Origin: Acutalibacteraceae bacterium
Lineage (GTDB): Bacteria; Bacillota; Clostridia; Oscillospirales; Acutalibacteraceae
NCBI GenBank assembly: GCA_045642705.1
Contig: JAZUJK010000007.1
Location: 31,736 to 95,735, forward strand
Reading direction: 5' to 3'
Length of the DNA stretch: 64,000 nt
In this document: one piece after another, positions 18,977 through 27,284 of the stretch
Numbering within the stretch: position 1 is the first letter of the stretch
Layout: each line of letters begins with the position of its first letter
Notes under the pieces: generated by a model
The model's input: only the letters and a program-made list of their open reading frames with translations
Database searches by the model: none
What the model was told of the DNA's origin: nothing
Position numbers and translations under genes: made by a program

Positions 18977-20596
18977 TTAGCCATTAAGTGCTGCGAATGC
19001 AGCCTTGTTGTTCTTATAAAGTGTCTTGAATACTTCAAAGTTCTTGTCATAGATTGCCTTGTTATCTGGGTTAGGCTTGAAAGTCTTCTCAGCAGGGATG
19101 AAATCCTTAACCTTATCGAGGCTCTCAATTGCACCGATACCAACGCCGATGATTGCTGCAGCACCAACTGCGCCAACATTCTGAGGACTTGCAACTGTCT
19201 CAACTGTCTTGCCAAGTACATCTGCAAGAATCTGGCAAGTTACATCTGAGAGAGCGCCACCACCTACGAAGCGAACTGTATCTGATACATCAACCTTCTT
19301 AGCCTGCTGCTCATACATCCAGCGATTCTGGAAGCATACGCCCTCGATTACGGCACGGATAAGGTCACGTTTGCCTGTATCTATGCTGATATTGAAGAAC
19401 ATACCTGCAGCATTTGGATCCTCAAATGGGCAGCGGTTGCCATGGAGCCAAGGTGTGAAAATAACACCATTTGAGCCAGCTGGAGTCTCACGCATAACTT
19501 TGGATAGATAGTCATAGAGTGATGTATATGCAACCTCAAAAGTCTCAGGAGATTCTGTAACATCCTTCTTCTCGAGATAGATGCCAATCTCATCGAGTGC
19601 CAAATGATTCTTTACCCACTCAAGGCATTTTCCTGATGTCTCATGCTCTGCAAAGTAGTTGTATCTTCCCTCATCAGCACCTACAATTGCGGCGATCATT
19701 GCGCCTGTATCAACTGTCTGTTTTTCAACTACAGTTGATACCCATCCTGATGTGCCGGAATAGATATGTGTGTCACCTGGGAGAACTGCGCCGGCACCTA
19801 CACCGATGAGCGATGCATCGCCGCCACCACCAAATACAGGAGTGCCCTCAAGGAGACCGAGATCATCAGCTGCTGATTTGGTAAGTCCACCTACAACATC
19901 TGTTGATTTTACAATATCTGCGAGGTGTTCTGGGTTTACGTCAACGAGTTTGCAAACCGGCTTACACCAACCCTCATGACCCTTTCTTGTGTCATAGAGA
20001 AGCTGGCCGAAAGCTGAGTCTGGAGTCATTACGATTTTGCCTGTCATACGGGCAATAATCGACTCCTTAACATCGACAATTTTATAGATTTTCTTGAAGA
20101 CTTCTGGCTCGTGAGCCTCAATCCATTTATACTTCCAAATTGGGTCCTTAACAGAGCATGAAACTGCTCCTGTATAGTAGAGATATGGAAGGAGTTTAAA
20201 TACGTTAGCACCTGCAATTTGAATGCCGTTTGCGATGCCCTTCTTGATCTCTTCCTTAGCACGTTGATCCATATAAGACATAGGTCTGCGAAGTACGTTG
20301 CAGTCCTTATCAAGAGCTACAAGACCCTGCATCTGTGAGCAGAAAGAGATACCTTCTATCATCTCTTTTGTAACTCCGAGCGCCTTGACTTCATCGCTCT
20401 CAAAGATCTCTTTTGTGGTTGCTGACATAGCGTTCCACCACTCGTCAAAATCCTGCTCGGCGCCACCATTTTCCACCATGTAAAGTCCGTATCCCATGGA
20501 TGATGCAGCCTTGAGAACAATTGTCTTATCGATCTCGAAAAGGCATGTCTTTACGCCTGTTGTTCCGATATCATAAGCGATTACATACTTTCCCAT
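18977..20596 (-). CDS. FGGY-family carbohydrate kinase (xylulokinase/ribulokinase-like, substrate unknown)
   Basis: 539 aa with the N-terminal YVIAYDIGTTGVKTCLF phosphate-1 motif, GGGDASLIGVGAG, and C-terminal FVGGGALSDVTCQILADVLG. Confidence 0.8.
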   Translation of the reverse strand: MGKYVIAYDIGTTGVKTCLFEIDKTIVLKAASSMGYGLYMVENGGAEQDFDEWWNAMSATTKEIFESDEVKALGVTKEMIEGISFCSQMQGLVALDKDCNVLRRPMSYMDQRAKEEIKKGIANGIQIAGANVFKLLPYLYYTGAVSCSVKDPIWKYKWIEAHEPEVFKKIYKIVDVKESIIARMTGKIVMTPDSAFGQLLYDTRKGHEGWCKPVCKLVDVNPEHLADIVKSTDVVGGLTKSAADDLGLLEGTPVFGGGGDASLIGVGAGAVLPGDTHIYSGTSGWVSTVVEKQTVDTGAMIAAIVGADEGRYNYFAEHETSGKCLEWVKNHLALDEIGIYLEKKDVTESPETFEVAYTSLYDYLSKVMRETPAGSNGVIFTPWLHGNRCPFEDPNAAGMFFNISIDTGKRDLIRAVIEGVCFQNRWMYEQQAKKVDVSDTVRFVGGGALSDVTCQILADVLGKTVETVASPQNVGAVGAAAIIGVGIGAIESLDKVKDFIPAEKTFKPNPDNKAIYDKNFEVFKTLYKNNKAAFAALNG

Positions 20597-20615
20597 ATTT
20601 ATTCTCCTTTATATT

Positions 20616-21299
20616 TTATTTACCAAATTTTTTAACGTCATCGTGAGCGAATGTAAATGCGGCCTCAATGAATTTTAGCAGTTCACTTACCATTCTCTCA
20701 TTGTCATCGAAAATATCCTCACCGCAATAGATTTTTAGCCTCTCACGGTAATAATCACAAGTGTAAGAAAACTGAAGTGACATAAGGAGTGAGTCAAAGA
20801 AGAATGCGAACATAGCCGGGTCGCAGTCGTCTCTTATATCCCCTTTTTCTTTCGCTGCCGCGATGAAATCGCGGTATGTGCGCGCGGAGATATCCTCAAC
20901 GCGTTTCGCAAGGACAGCGGCGCCCTCGTTTTCAGACAACTTGGTAATTTCATTATATAATTTTACATACTTAGAGTCGGCGCCGGATGTCGCCTGGATA
21001 GCGCGTATCAATTTCTCCGCGCGCACCAGAATTTTGTCATCCGAGTTGACGACGCCATCAATTATCTCTTCGAGGGTTGTCATAGCCTCGTCAACGCAGG
21101 TGAGAAAATAGTCCTCTTTCGTATCGAAATACTTGTAGAGAAGTCCTACAGACACCCCTGCCTTTTTAGCGATAATATTGATATTTGCTTTCTCTAGACC
21201 GAGCTCTGAAAACTCATTGATACCAGCGGTTATAACCGCCGATTTATACTTGGGGTCAGCACGGTCAAAAGCCTCTTTATGATGCGGTTTTTCAGCCAT
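20616..21299 (-). CDS. TetR/AcrR-family transcriptional regulator
   Basis: N-terminal HTH (...NINIIAKKAGVSVGLLYKYFDTKEDYF). I prefer the start at MAEKPHH (21299), which follows GAGGAGG; the ORF track TTG start is at 21314. Confidence 0.85.
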   Translation of the reverse strand: MAEKPHHKEAFDRADPKYKSAVITAGINEFSELGLEKANINIIAKKAGVSVGLLYKYFDTKEDYFLTCVDEAMTTLEEIIDGVVNSDDKILVRAEKLIRAIQATSGADSKYVKLYNEITKLSENEGAAVLAKRVEDISARTYRDFIAAAKEKGDIRDDCDPAMFAFFFDSLLMSLQFSYTCDYYRERLKIYCGEDIFDDNERMVSELLKFIEAAFTFAHDDVKKFGK

Positions 21300-21323
21300 T
21301 GTATACCTCCTCAATACGGAGTT

Positions 21324-21339
21324 GTGAGTATTTGCTCAC
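21324..21339. promoter_or_regulatory. Candidate TetR operator 1 (inverted repeat)
   Basis: GTGAGT-ATTT-GCTCAC is a 6-4-6 inverted repeat with one mismatch. It lies in the 5' UTR of the tetR-kinase operon. Confidence 0.45.
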
Positions 21340-21410
21340 TATGGCTAAATTGTATCAATAAATTTGTTAAAATTCAATATAGATTTGTGCTTTTATTTTA
21401 CCATTAATAG

Positions 21411-21419
21411 TGGTATAAT
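21411..21419 (+). promoter_or_regulatory. Extended -10 promoter element for the aminotransferase-aldolase operon
   Basis: TGGTATAAT (TGnTATAAT), ~65 nt upstream of the ATG at 21484. The -35 region is weak. Confidence 0.45.
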
Positions 21420-21433
21420 TTTATTGTAAATAT

Positions 21434-21449
21434 GTGAGCAGCCGCTCAC
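21434..21449. promoter_or_regulatory. Candidate TetR operator 2 (perfect inverted repeat)
   Basis: GTGAGC-AGCC-GCTCAC is a perfect 6-4-6 palindrome with the same half-site as operator 1. It lies 15 nt downstream of the -10, a roadblock position. Confidence 0.5.
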
Positions 21450-21483
21450 GACACTATATTTTTTAAGTTTTGGAGGTATACAA

Positions 21484-22974
21484 ATGGACACAAGATTTGC
21501 TATTTCCGAGTACCCAGATGCGATAGCCATCAACAAGGAACTCGATGAACTTATCAAGAAGCCAATCTATTCTCTCAACAGAACTGCCCTCAAGAATTAT
21601 GAGGAAGAGTATTTTGAGAAGAAGTGCAAGAAGTCTAAAGAGATGATTACAGAGGCTCGCGACTATATACCAGGTGGCGTACAGCACAACCTCGCTTTCA
21701 ACCACCCATTCCCTATCGTTATGACTAAGGCCGAGGGCGCTTATCTCTACGATATCGATGGTAACCGTTACTATGACCTTCTCCAGGCAGGCGGTCCTAC
21801 AATTCTCGGTTCTAACGATCCAGTAGTTCGTGACGCTGTAATCGACCTTCTCAATACATGTGGTCCATCAACAGGTCTTTTCCATGAGTATGAGATGAAA
21901 CTCGCAAAGAAGATTTCTGAATGTGTTCCATCAGTTGAGATGTTCCGTATGCTCGGTTCAGGTACTGAGGCTTGCATGTGCGCAGAGCGTGTAGCACGTC
22001 TTGCAACAGGCCACAAGAACATCTTAAAGATGGGTGGCGCATACCACGGCTGGTCAGATATGATTGCATGGGATATGCGTATTCCAGGCACAATGAATCT
22101 CCAGTCTAAGGGTATTCCTATGTATGCATTCCGTCATACACAGGGCTTCTTCCCAGGCGACCTCGAGGATCTCGAGAAAAAGCTCAAGCTCAACGAACTC
22201 AACGGCGGTACAGCTGGCGTATTCATCGAGCCAATCGGCCCAGAGTCAGCAACTCGTCCTGTTACTCGTGAATTTGTTAAGGGTGTTGAAGCACTCTGTC
22301 ATAAATATGGTGCACTTCTCATCTGTGATGAAGTTGTATCTGGTTTCCGTATCGGTCTTGCTGGTGCTCAGGGTTACTATGGTATCGACCCAGACATCAC
22401 AATCTTCGGTAAAGTAATCGCTGGCGGTTACCCAGGTGCAGGCGGAATCGGCGGTCACAAGGATGTTATGAAACATCTCGGCGCTGGCCTTGACGCATCT
22501 GGCAAGAAGGTTAAGAAGGCAATGTGCGGTGGTACAATGGCAGCTACTCCAATCTCTTGCGTTGCTGGATATACAGCAATCTGCGAGATTGAGAAGCGCA
22601 ACGCTTGCCAGGTAGCAGGCCAGATGGGTGACCGCCTCACTAAGGGCATCCAGGCTTCTATCAAGAAGTACAACCTCCCATTCGTTGCATTCAACGTTGG
22701 TTCAGTTTGTCACCTTGATACAGTTGGTACAATGCAGTTCGCAATCGACCTCAAGAAGGCTTGGGAGATTCCAGGCATCCTTGATCAGACAGGTGTTCGT
22801 CAGGTTGAGATGCAGAACATGGGTGCTGCATACATGGCAGAAGGCCTCGTAACACTTGCAGGCTCACGTCTCTATACATCTGCTGCTTATACAGAGGAAA
22901 TGATCGACGATTGTATCGCTCGTTTCGACAAGGTTCTCTCACAGTGTGAACTTATCCCAACTAAGAAGAAATAA
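21484..22974 (+). CDS. Class III (fold type I) PLP enzyme, glutamate-1-semialdehyde-2,1-aminomutase-like, with a ~60-aa N-terminal extension
   Basis: 496 aa with GGVQHN...AEGAYLYDIDGNRYYDL, GSGTEACMCAERVAR, ICDEVVSGFRIG and the PLP-lysine block IFGKVIAGGYPGAGGIGG (compare HemL LGKIIGGGLP). Confidence 0.8.
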   Translation: MDTRFAISEYPDAIAINKELDELIKKPIYSLNRTALKNYEEEYFEKKCKKSKEMITEARDYIPGGVQHNLAFNHPFPIVMTKAEGAYLYDIDGNRYYDLLQAGGPTILGSNDPVVRDAVIDLLNTCGPSTGLFHEYEMKLAKKISECVPSVEMFRMLGSGTEACMCAERVARLATGHKNILKMGGAYHGWSDMIAWDMRIPGTMNLQSKGIPMYAFRHTQGFFPGDLEDLEKKLKLNELNGGTAGVFIEPIGPESATRPVTREFVKGVEALCHKYGALLICDEVVSGFRIGLAGAQGYYGIDPDITIFGKVIAGGYPGAGGIGGHKDVMKHLGAGLDASGKKVKKAMCGGTMAATPISCVAGYTAICEIEKRNACQVAGQMGDRLTKGIQASIKKYNLPFVAFNVGSVCHLDTVGTMQFAIDLKKAWEIPGILDQTGVRQVEMQNMGAAYMAEGLVTLAGSRLYTSAAYTEEMIDDCIARFDKVLSQCELIPTKKK

Positions 22975-22987
22975 TTGAGGTACAAAT

Positions 22988-24196
22988 ATGGCTTATGAAA
23001 TAAACGAAGCAAAGGCACTGGTTGTTGAGGCTGGTAAAAAGCTCGTTGAATCAGGTCTTATTGCTAGAACTTGGGGTAACGTATCTGCTCGTATCTCAGA
23101 TACTCAGTTCGTTATCACTCCATCAGGCCGTGCCTATGAGACACTTACACCTGATGAAATCGTTGTTGTAAATATTGCTGACTGTGAGTATGAAGGTGAT
23201 ATCAAGCCATCATCTGAAAAAGGTGTTCATGCTGACGCATATAAACTCCGTCCAGATGTTGATTTCATCATTCACACTCATCAGGTCAATGCATCAATAA
23301 TCTCTGCAGCTGGTATCCCAATCAAGGATATCCCTGCCAAGGATGCTAAGGTTCTCGGACCTATCGTTCCAGTTGGTGCTTATGGCATGCCATCAACAGG
23401 CGCTCTTCGCGAAGGCGTTGCGGCTGCTGTTGAAATAAACCCTGAGAGCAAGGCAGTAATCATGAAGCATCACGGCGCACTCTGCATGGGTGCCAGCCTT
23501 GATGAGGCCTTCAAGATTGCTGAGACACTTGAGGCTCTCTGTGCCAAGGAAGTTGGTCGCCTAACAGAATTTGCTTGTGGCAAGAAGTACAAGCCAGACA
23601 ATCTCTATAAGGCTTTCGCTACAGTCTTCCCAGGCAGCGGCGACGCACCTGTTGATCTCGGATCATCCAAGCGCATCAGTGATGAATTATTCGAGCTCTC
23701 TATGGAGAATGGCACACACTATGTCTGCACAATGCAAGGTGTTGGCAAGAATGGTATCGCTCCTCGTGTTGCCCTTATCCACGCTGCTATCTACAGAAAT
23801 TGCAAAGTTAAATTCATCGTTCCTTTCGCATCAGATGATGTTAAGGCACTCTCATATGGAGTAGATAAGCTTACACCTTATCTCGACGACTTCGCTCAGA
23901 TTGCTGGTCGCGATGTCAAGGTATGCAACTGGCTTAGAGCTTCATATCGTACAGATGCAGATGAAATTGGCAAGGCAGCCAAGGGTCGTAGCGCAATCGT
24001 TATCCGTGGCCAAGGAGCTCTATGCACAGGCAACTCAATGTTCGATATCGACGCTGTAAAGCTCGTACTTGAGAAGGAGTGCAAGACTGAGATGTATTCA
24101 CTCATCAAGTCTGGTGTAAAATCACTCTCTCCTATCGACTGCGCAATAATGAGAACAATTTATGTACTCAAATATTCAAAGCAGGCTAGCAAATAA
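22988..24196 (+). CDS. Tandem class II aldolase/adducin-fold protein (intact N-terminal domain plus degenerate C-terminal domain)
   Basis: In aa 1-~200 I read TWGNVSARI, PSSEKGVHADAY, metal ligands IIHTHQ and MKHHGALCMG. Residues ~230-402 repeat the fold (ALIHAAIY..., VIRGQGALCTGNS) but have VPFAS where HTH should be. Confidence 0.75.
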   Translation: MAYEINEAKALVVEAGKKLVESGLIARTWGNVSARISDTQFVITPSGRAYETLTPDEIVVVNIADCEYEGDIKPSSEKGVHADAYKLRPDVDFIIHTHQVNASIISAAGIPIKDIPAKDAKVLGPIVPVGAYGMPSTGALREGVAAAVEINPESKAVIMKHHGALCMGASLDEAFKIAETLEALCAKEVGRLTEFACGKKYKPDNLYKAFATVFPGSGDAPVDLGSSKRISDELFELSMENGTHYVCTMQGVGKNGIAPRVALIHAAIYRNCKVKFIVPFASDDVKALSYGVDKLTPYLDDFAQIAGRDVKVCNWLRASYRTDADEIGKAAKGRSAIVIRGQGALCTGNSMFDIDAVKLVLEKECKTEMYSLIKSGVKSLSPIDCAIMRTIYVLKYSKQASK

Positions 24197-24206
24197 TAAA
24201 TAATAA

Positions 24207-24245
24207 GAAAAGCCCTCAGTTTAAAAAACTGAGGGCTCTTTTTTA
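24207..24245. terminator. Bidirectional intrinsic terminator
   Basis: The stem AGCCCTCAGT / ACTGAGGGCT (24211-24220 / 24228-24237) is flanked by an A-run and a T-run. It lies between convergent operons. Confidence 0.75.
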
Positions 24246-24377
24246 TTCAATTTAATACAAGCAAGGGCCAAAGCCACTCAGCCTAAATATAGTTGTGTCC
24301 AATAATAGGAGATGAAATTAGACAAATGTGGGCTGTGGTGGTAAGCCCTTGACTGAGTGGTTAAAGTCCTGTGGTAA

Positions 24378-27284
24378 TTATTTAATTTCAACAACTACCT
24401 TGCTTGCATGTTTAATTGATGCGCCTTGGTTAGTTTCAGTAATGAAACGAAGTGGACCGTCACTATTCGCTACCAGTCCTGTGTATCCTTCATCATTTTC
24501 ATCAAATACGAGTGGATAACCCTGTATTGCATAGCAGACTATAATTGGTTTTCGTGTACCATCTGCAGCAACAATACCCTTTTCCAATGCATCCATAGAG
24601 AAAATTGATAAGAAATCTTTGGAATAGTTATCAGATGCGACTGCTGAAACCTTAATTGGATTAGAAAGATCTACATCTGGGCCTACAGAAGCCTTAACAA
24701 GTTTCCATAGATTGATACCTTCGCAGACACCAAAGTCACGAACGAAATATTCCGTTCTTTCAACAAGATCCGTCATATTTTCCAGTTCTTCCAGTGTATA
24801 TTCATATGTCTTCTCTCCAGCACCTGTCTTTAATACAACTGAGAAAGTTTCTTTAAGGAATGGTGTATAGAGATCAGATGCGCTATGGTTCCAAGATGCC
24901 ATTTCTACTGCTGTTACTTCTACTTTCGCAACTGACTTCACTTTCTTACTATCAGATACGAACATAAGTGGTCCGTTATCTGTAAGTAGAGGTGAGCCAA
25001 CTTTCTTAGCCTGTGTTGTATCACCAACTCCGAAAGCAAGAAGTGGTGCGGACTTACCCTTTTCACCACGCAAATCACCGAGTTTAAAGGTTTCTTTTGA
25101 ACCATCAATTGATGTGATTATTACTTCACTTGCATTATAACGGAGACCAACATTTAGAAGAAGATCATACATTGGAATACCTCTGTATCTCTCCTTACCA
25201 TAGTCAAATGTCTTGGCCATCTTTTGCATACCTTCAAGGTCAGCAACTGTATATGCCTTCTTGGCATTTACACCCTCACCATAGAACTCTATTGTCTTAC
25301 CAGCAAGTACAGCAGCATCACCCTTTAAATGAGCATACTGGTCTGGTTCCACATTGACAACAATAGATGTGAGATTCTTAACATACTTATTTCCATCTGC
25401 CGTTGGAACAATAACCATAAGTGGTCCGCCAACATTGTCAACTTTGTATTCAGCGGGGTCGTTCTTTCCAAATGGATTTAGCTTATATGATGCAACATAT
25501 CCATCGCTATTCTCGTTTGGTACAAGAGGAGAGCCGTTCTTGGCGAATGCCACAATCGACTTCTGCTCAAAGAGATCCGAGAGTTCTACTTTGAGTTCAT
25601 CCTTACCATTTGAGAAAGTTACAGTACCATTTGTACCCGGGATACCAATTATATCTGAAAGCATAAATTCAAGATTTACGCCCTCATAGATATTGTCATC
25701 ATATACTGCTTTAACCTTAGCAGATTTTATCTGATTACTAGTTACATCCTCACCGTAGATTAGATCTTCAATTTTAGAAACAGTATATGAAGCATCAGAC
25801 AATACAGAACCGTCAACATTATTAACCTTAATCTGTACTTTATCCTGTGTATACTCCTGCTGTGCTTCAACACGAGATCCACTATGTGTTGAGAGTGTAT
25901 AGTTCGCACCAACAACTATATTGGAAAGGAACTGAATCTGATTGGAGCCATTTGCATGATTATAATCAATCTTACCAAAAATGACTCTCATTGGGCCGCC
26001 ATCGTTAGCAAGTCCAGGAACAAATCCTTCATCCTCGCTTGTGATTGTATACGGATAATTATTTACGCCATATGCAAGCATTACTGGATAACCTGTCTTT
26101 ACAAGGTCTGCATTAGTTGATACATATGTGCCATCATCAAGGTCAGCTGAATTCTTTTTATAATAACCAAAATTATTAGGATCAGAAAGCTGAGCCATTG
26201 TAAATTTCTCAGCAGATGTGTATCCATCTGACGCAGAGAAAGTTACTTTTGTCTTTTCAGCGTCAGCTCCAAGAGCCTCAGCACTTGGAACGCCACAATA
26301 CTGAAGGAATTTATAAAGTTCAAGTCCCTCATACTCATTTACATACCAATATGTATTATTTGCGAGTGAGTAGAAGTCCTTATATCCGAGACCGCCTTCC
26401 TTAACGGAACCGTCTCTATTGTGTTCAACAAGGGCCTCAAGCTGTTTTACAGTAAAATCAAGTTCATAACCAAGTGTTTTACCGCCAACAGAGATAATAT
26501 AATTTGTGAGGTTTTCATTTGCATAAGCCTCATTTGTTGCCTCACTGTGCTTAAATCCAGGAGTCTTCTCCTCCTCTACATAGAGGTAAGCACAGTTTGA
26601 GAATGTCTTATAGTTCTTGTTACTACCATACTTTGTATAGTTATATACAAGTTTTAAGCATCCATCCTCATTGTTGAGAACATCAATAAATCCTTGTGTA
26701 TGCTCACCCTTATTGGCACCGCTAAATACGTAAGGTGCCACTGTCTTACAGGCCTCATCGCCGATACCATAAGTAATAAGAACAGGCTGTTTATCATCAT
26801 GAGCCTTCTTAATATCGGCAAGAGTTAGAGTTGCAACATCTTCACGGTTCGCATTCTTAAATACAACTTTATAAGCAGTATCAGTCATAGAAATAGAATT
26901 ATCGCCATCACCCATATTATTAAGCAGGTAATAAACGTCAATTCCTTCATATGCTTTAAGACCTGTCTTATCCTTATAAAGACCACGTACAAGTCCTGCA
27001 TCTGTGTTTTCAAGTTCTTTTGTTGAGAATGGTACAGACGAGTCCATACCAGGTCCTTCTATCGTAAGTGTTGCACCAGTTATCGCATTGATATTGTAAG
27101 GGGTTTCTCCACCCTTACCGCCATTTGTAATATGCTTAAATGGTGAATTTGAAAAATCAACATTAGAAAAAAGTTTTACATCATACTTGCCACAAGCTGT
27201 CAGGCAAAACATGAACATGACAGCAAAGACAACTAATGAAACTATCCTAAACAAATTAGCCTTTTTCATTGATTTTTTCTCCAT
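24378..27284 (-). CDS. Large surface lipoprotein built from five SUOX/YedY-type Moco-domain-like modules (function unknown)
   Basis: 968 aa with a signal peptide and lipobox (MFCLTAC-GK). Five tandem modules share the blocks [FY]-T-x-x-x-[LI]-E, Y-x-G-[IVL]-x-[LVM], DG, [LIV][LV]A[YF], GGP[LM] and K-x-[VL]-x-x-[IV]-x-V. It overlaps the upstream gene by 14-29 nt; an alternative start MKKANLF lies at 27269. Confidence 0.55.
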   Translation of the reverse strand: MEKKSMKKANLFRIVSLVVFAVMFMFCLTACGKYDVKLFSNVDFSNSPFKHITNGGKGGETPYNINAITGATLTIEGPGMDSSVPFSTKELENTDAGLVRGLYKDKTGLKAYEGIDVYYLLNNMGDGDNSISMTDTAYKVVFKNANREDVATLTLADIKKAHDDKQPVLITYGIGDEACKTVAPYVFSGANKGEHTQGFIDVLNNEDGCLKLVYNYTKYGSNKNYKTFSNCAYLYVEEEKTPGFKHSEATNEAYANENLTNYIISVGGKTLGYELDFTVKQLEALVEHNRDGSVKEGGLGYKDFYSLANNTYWYVNEYEGLELYKFLQYCGVPSAEALGADAEKTKVTFSASDGYTSAEKFTMAQLSDPNNFGYYKKNSADLDDGTYVSTNADLVKTGYPVMLAYGVNNYPYTITSEDEGFVPGLANDGGPMRVIFGKIDYNHANGSNQIQFLSNIVVGANYTLSTHSGSRVEAQQEYTQDKVQIKVNNVDGSVLSDASYTVSKIEDLIYGEDVTSNQIKSAKVKAVYDDNIYEGVNLEFMLSDIIGIPGTNGTVTFSNGKDELKVELSDLFEQKSIVAFAKNGSPLVPNENSDGYVASYKLNPFGKNDPAEYKVDNVGGPLMVIVPTADGNKYVKNLTSIVVNVEPDQYAHLKGDAAVLAGKTIEFYGEGVNAKKAYTVADLEGMQKMAKTFDYGKERYRGIPMYDLLLNVGLRYNASEVIITSIDGSKETFKLGDLRGEKGKSAPLLAFGVGDTTQAKKVGSPLLTDNGPLMFVSDSKKVKSVAKVEVTAVEMASWNHSASDLYTPFLKETFSVVLKTGAGEKTYEYTLEELENMTDLVERTEYFVRDFGVCEGINLWKLVKASVGPDVDLSNPIKVSAVASDNYSKDFLSIFSMDALEKGIVAADGTRKPIIVCYAIQGYPLVFDENDEGYTGLVANSDGPLRFITETNQGASIKHASKVVVEIK

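Noticed and set aside
24246-24377. A possible element in the 130-nt spacer after the 968-aa gene: the inverted repeat CCACTCAG...CTGAGTGG (about 24271-24360) and the hairpin GGGCT-N9-AGCCC.
   Set aside because: There is no adjacent U-tract, no promoter, no ORF with an RBS (ORF 24328-24519 overlaps the real gene's end) and no tRNA-like or repeat-family features. It is probably 3' UTR structure upstream of the shared terminator at 24207-24245.
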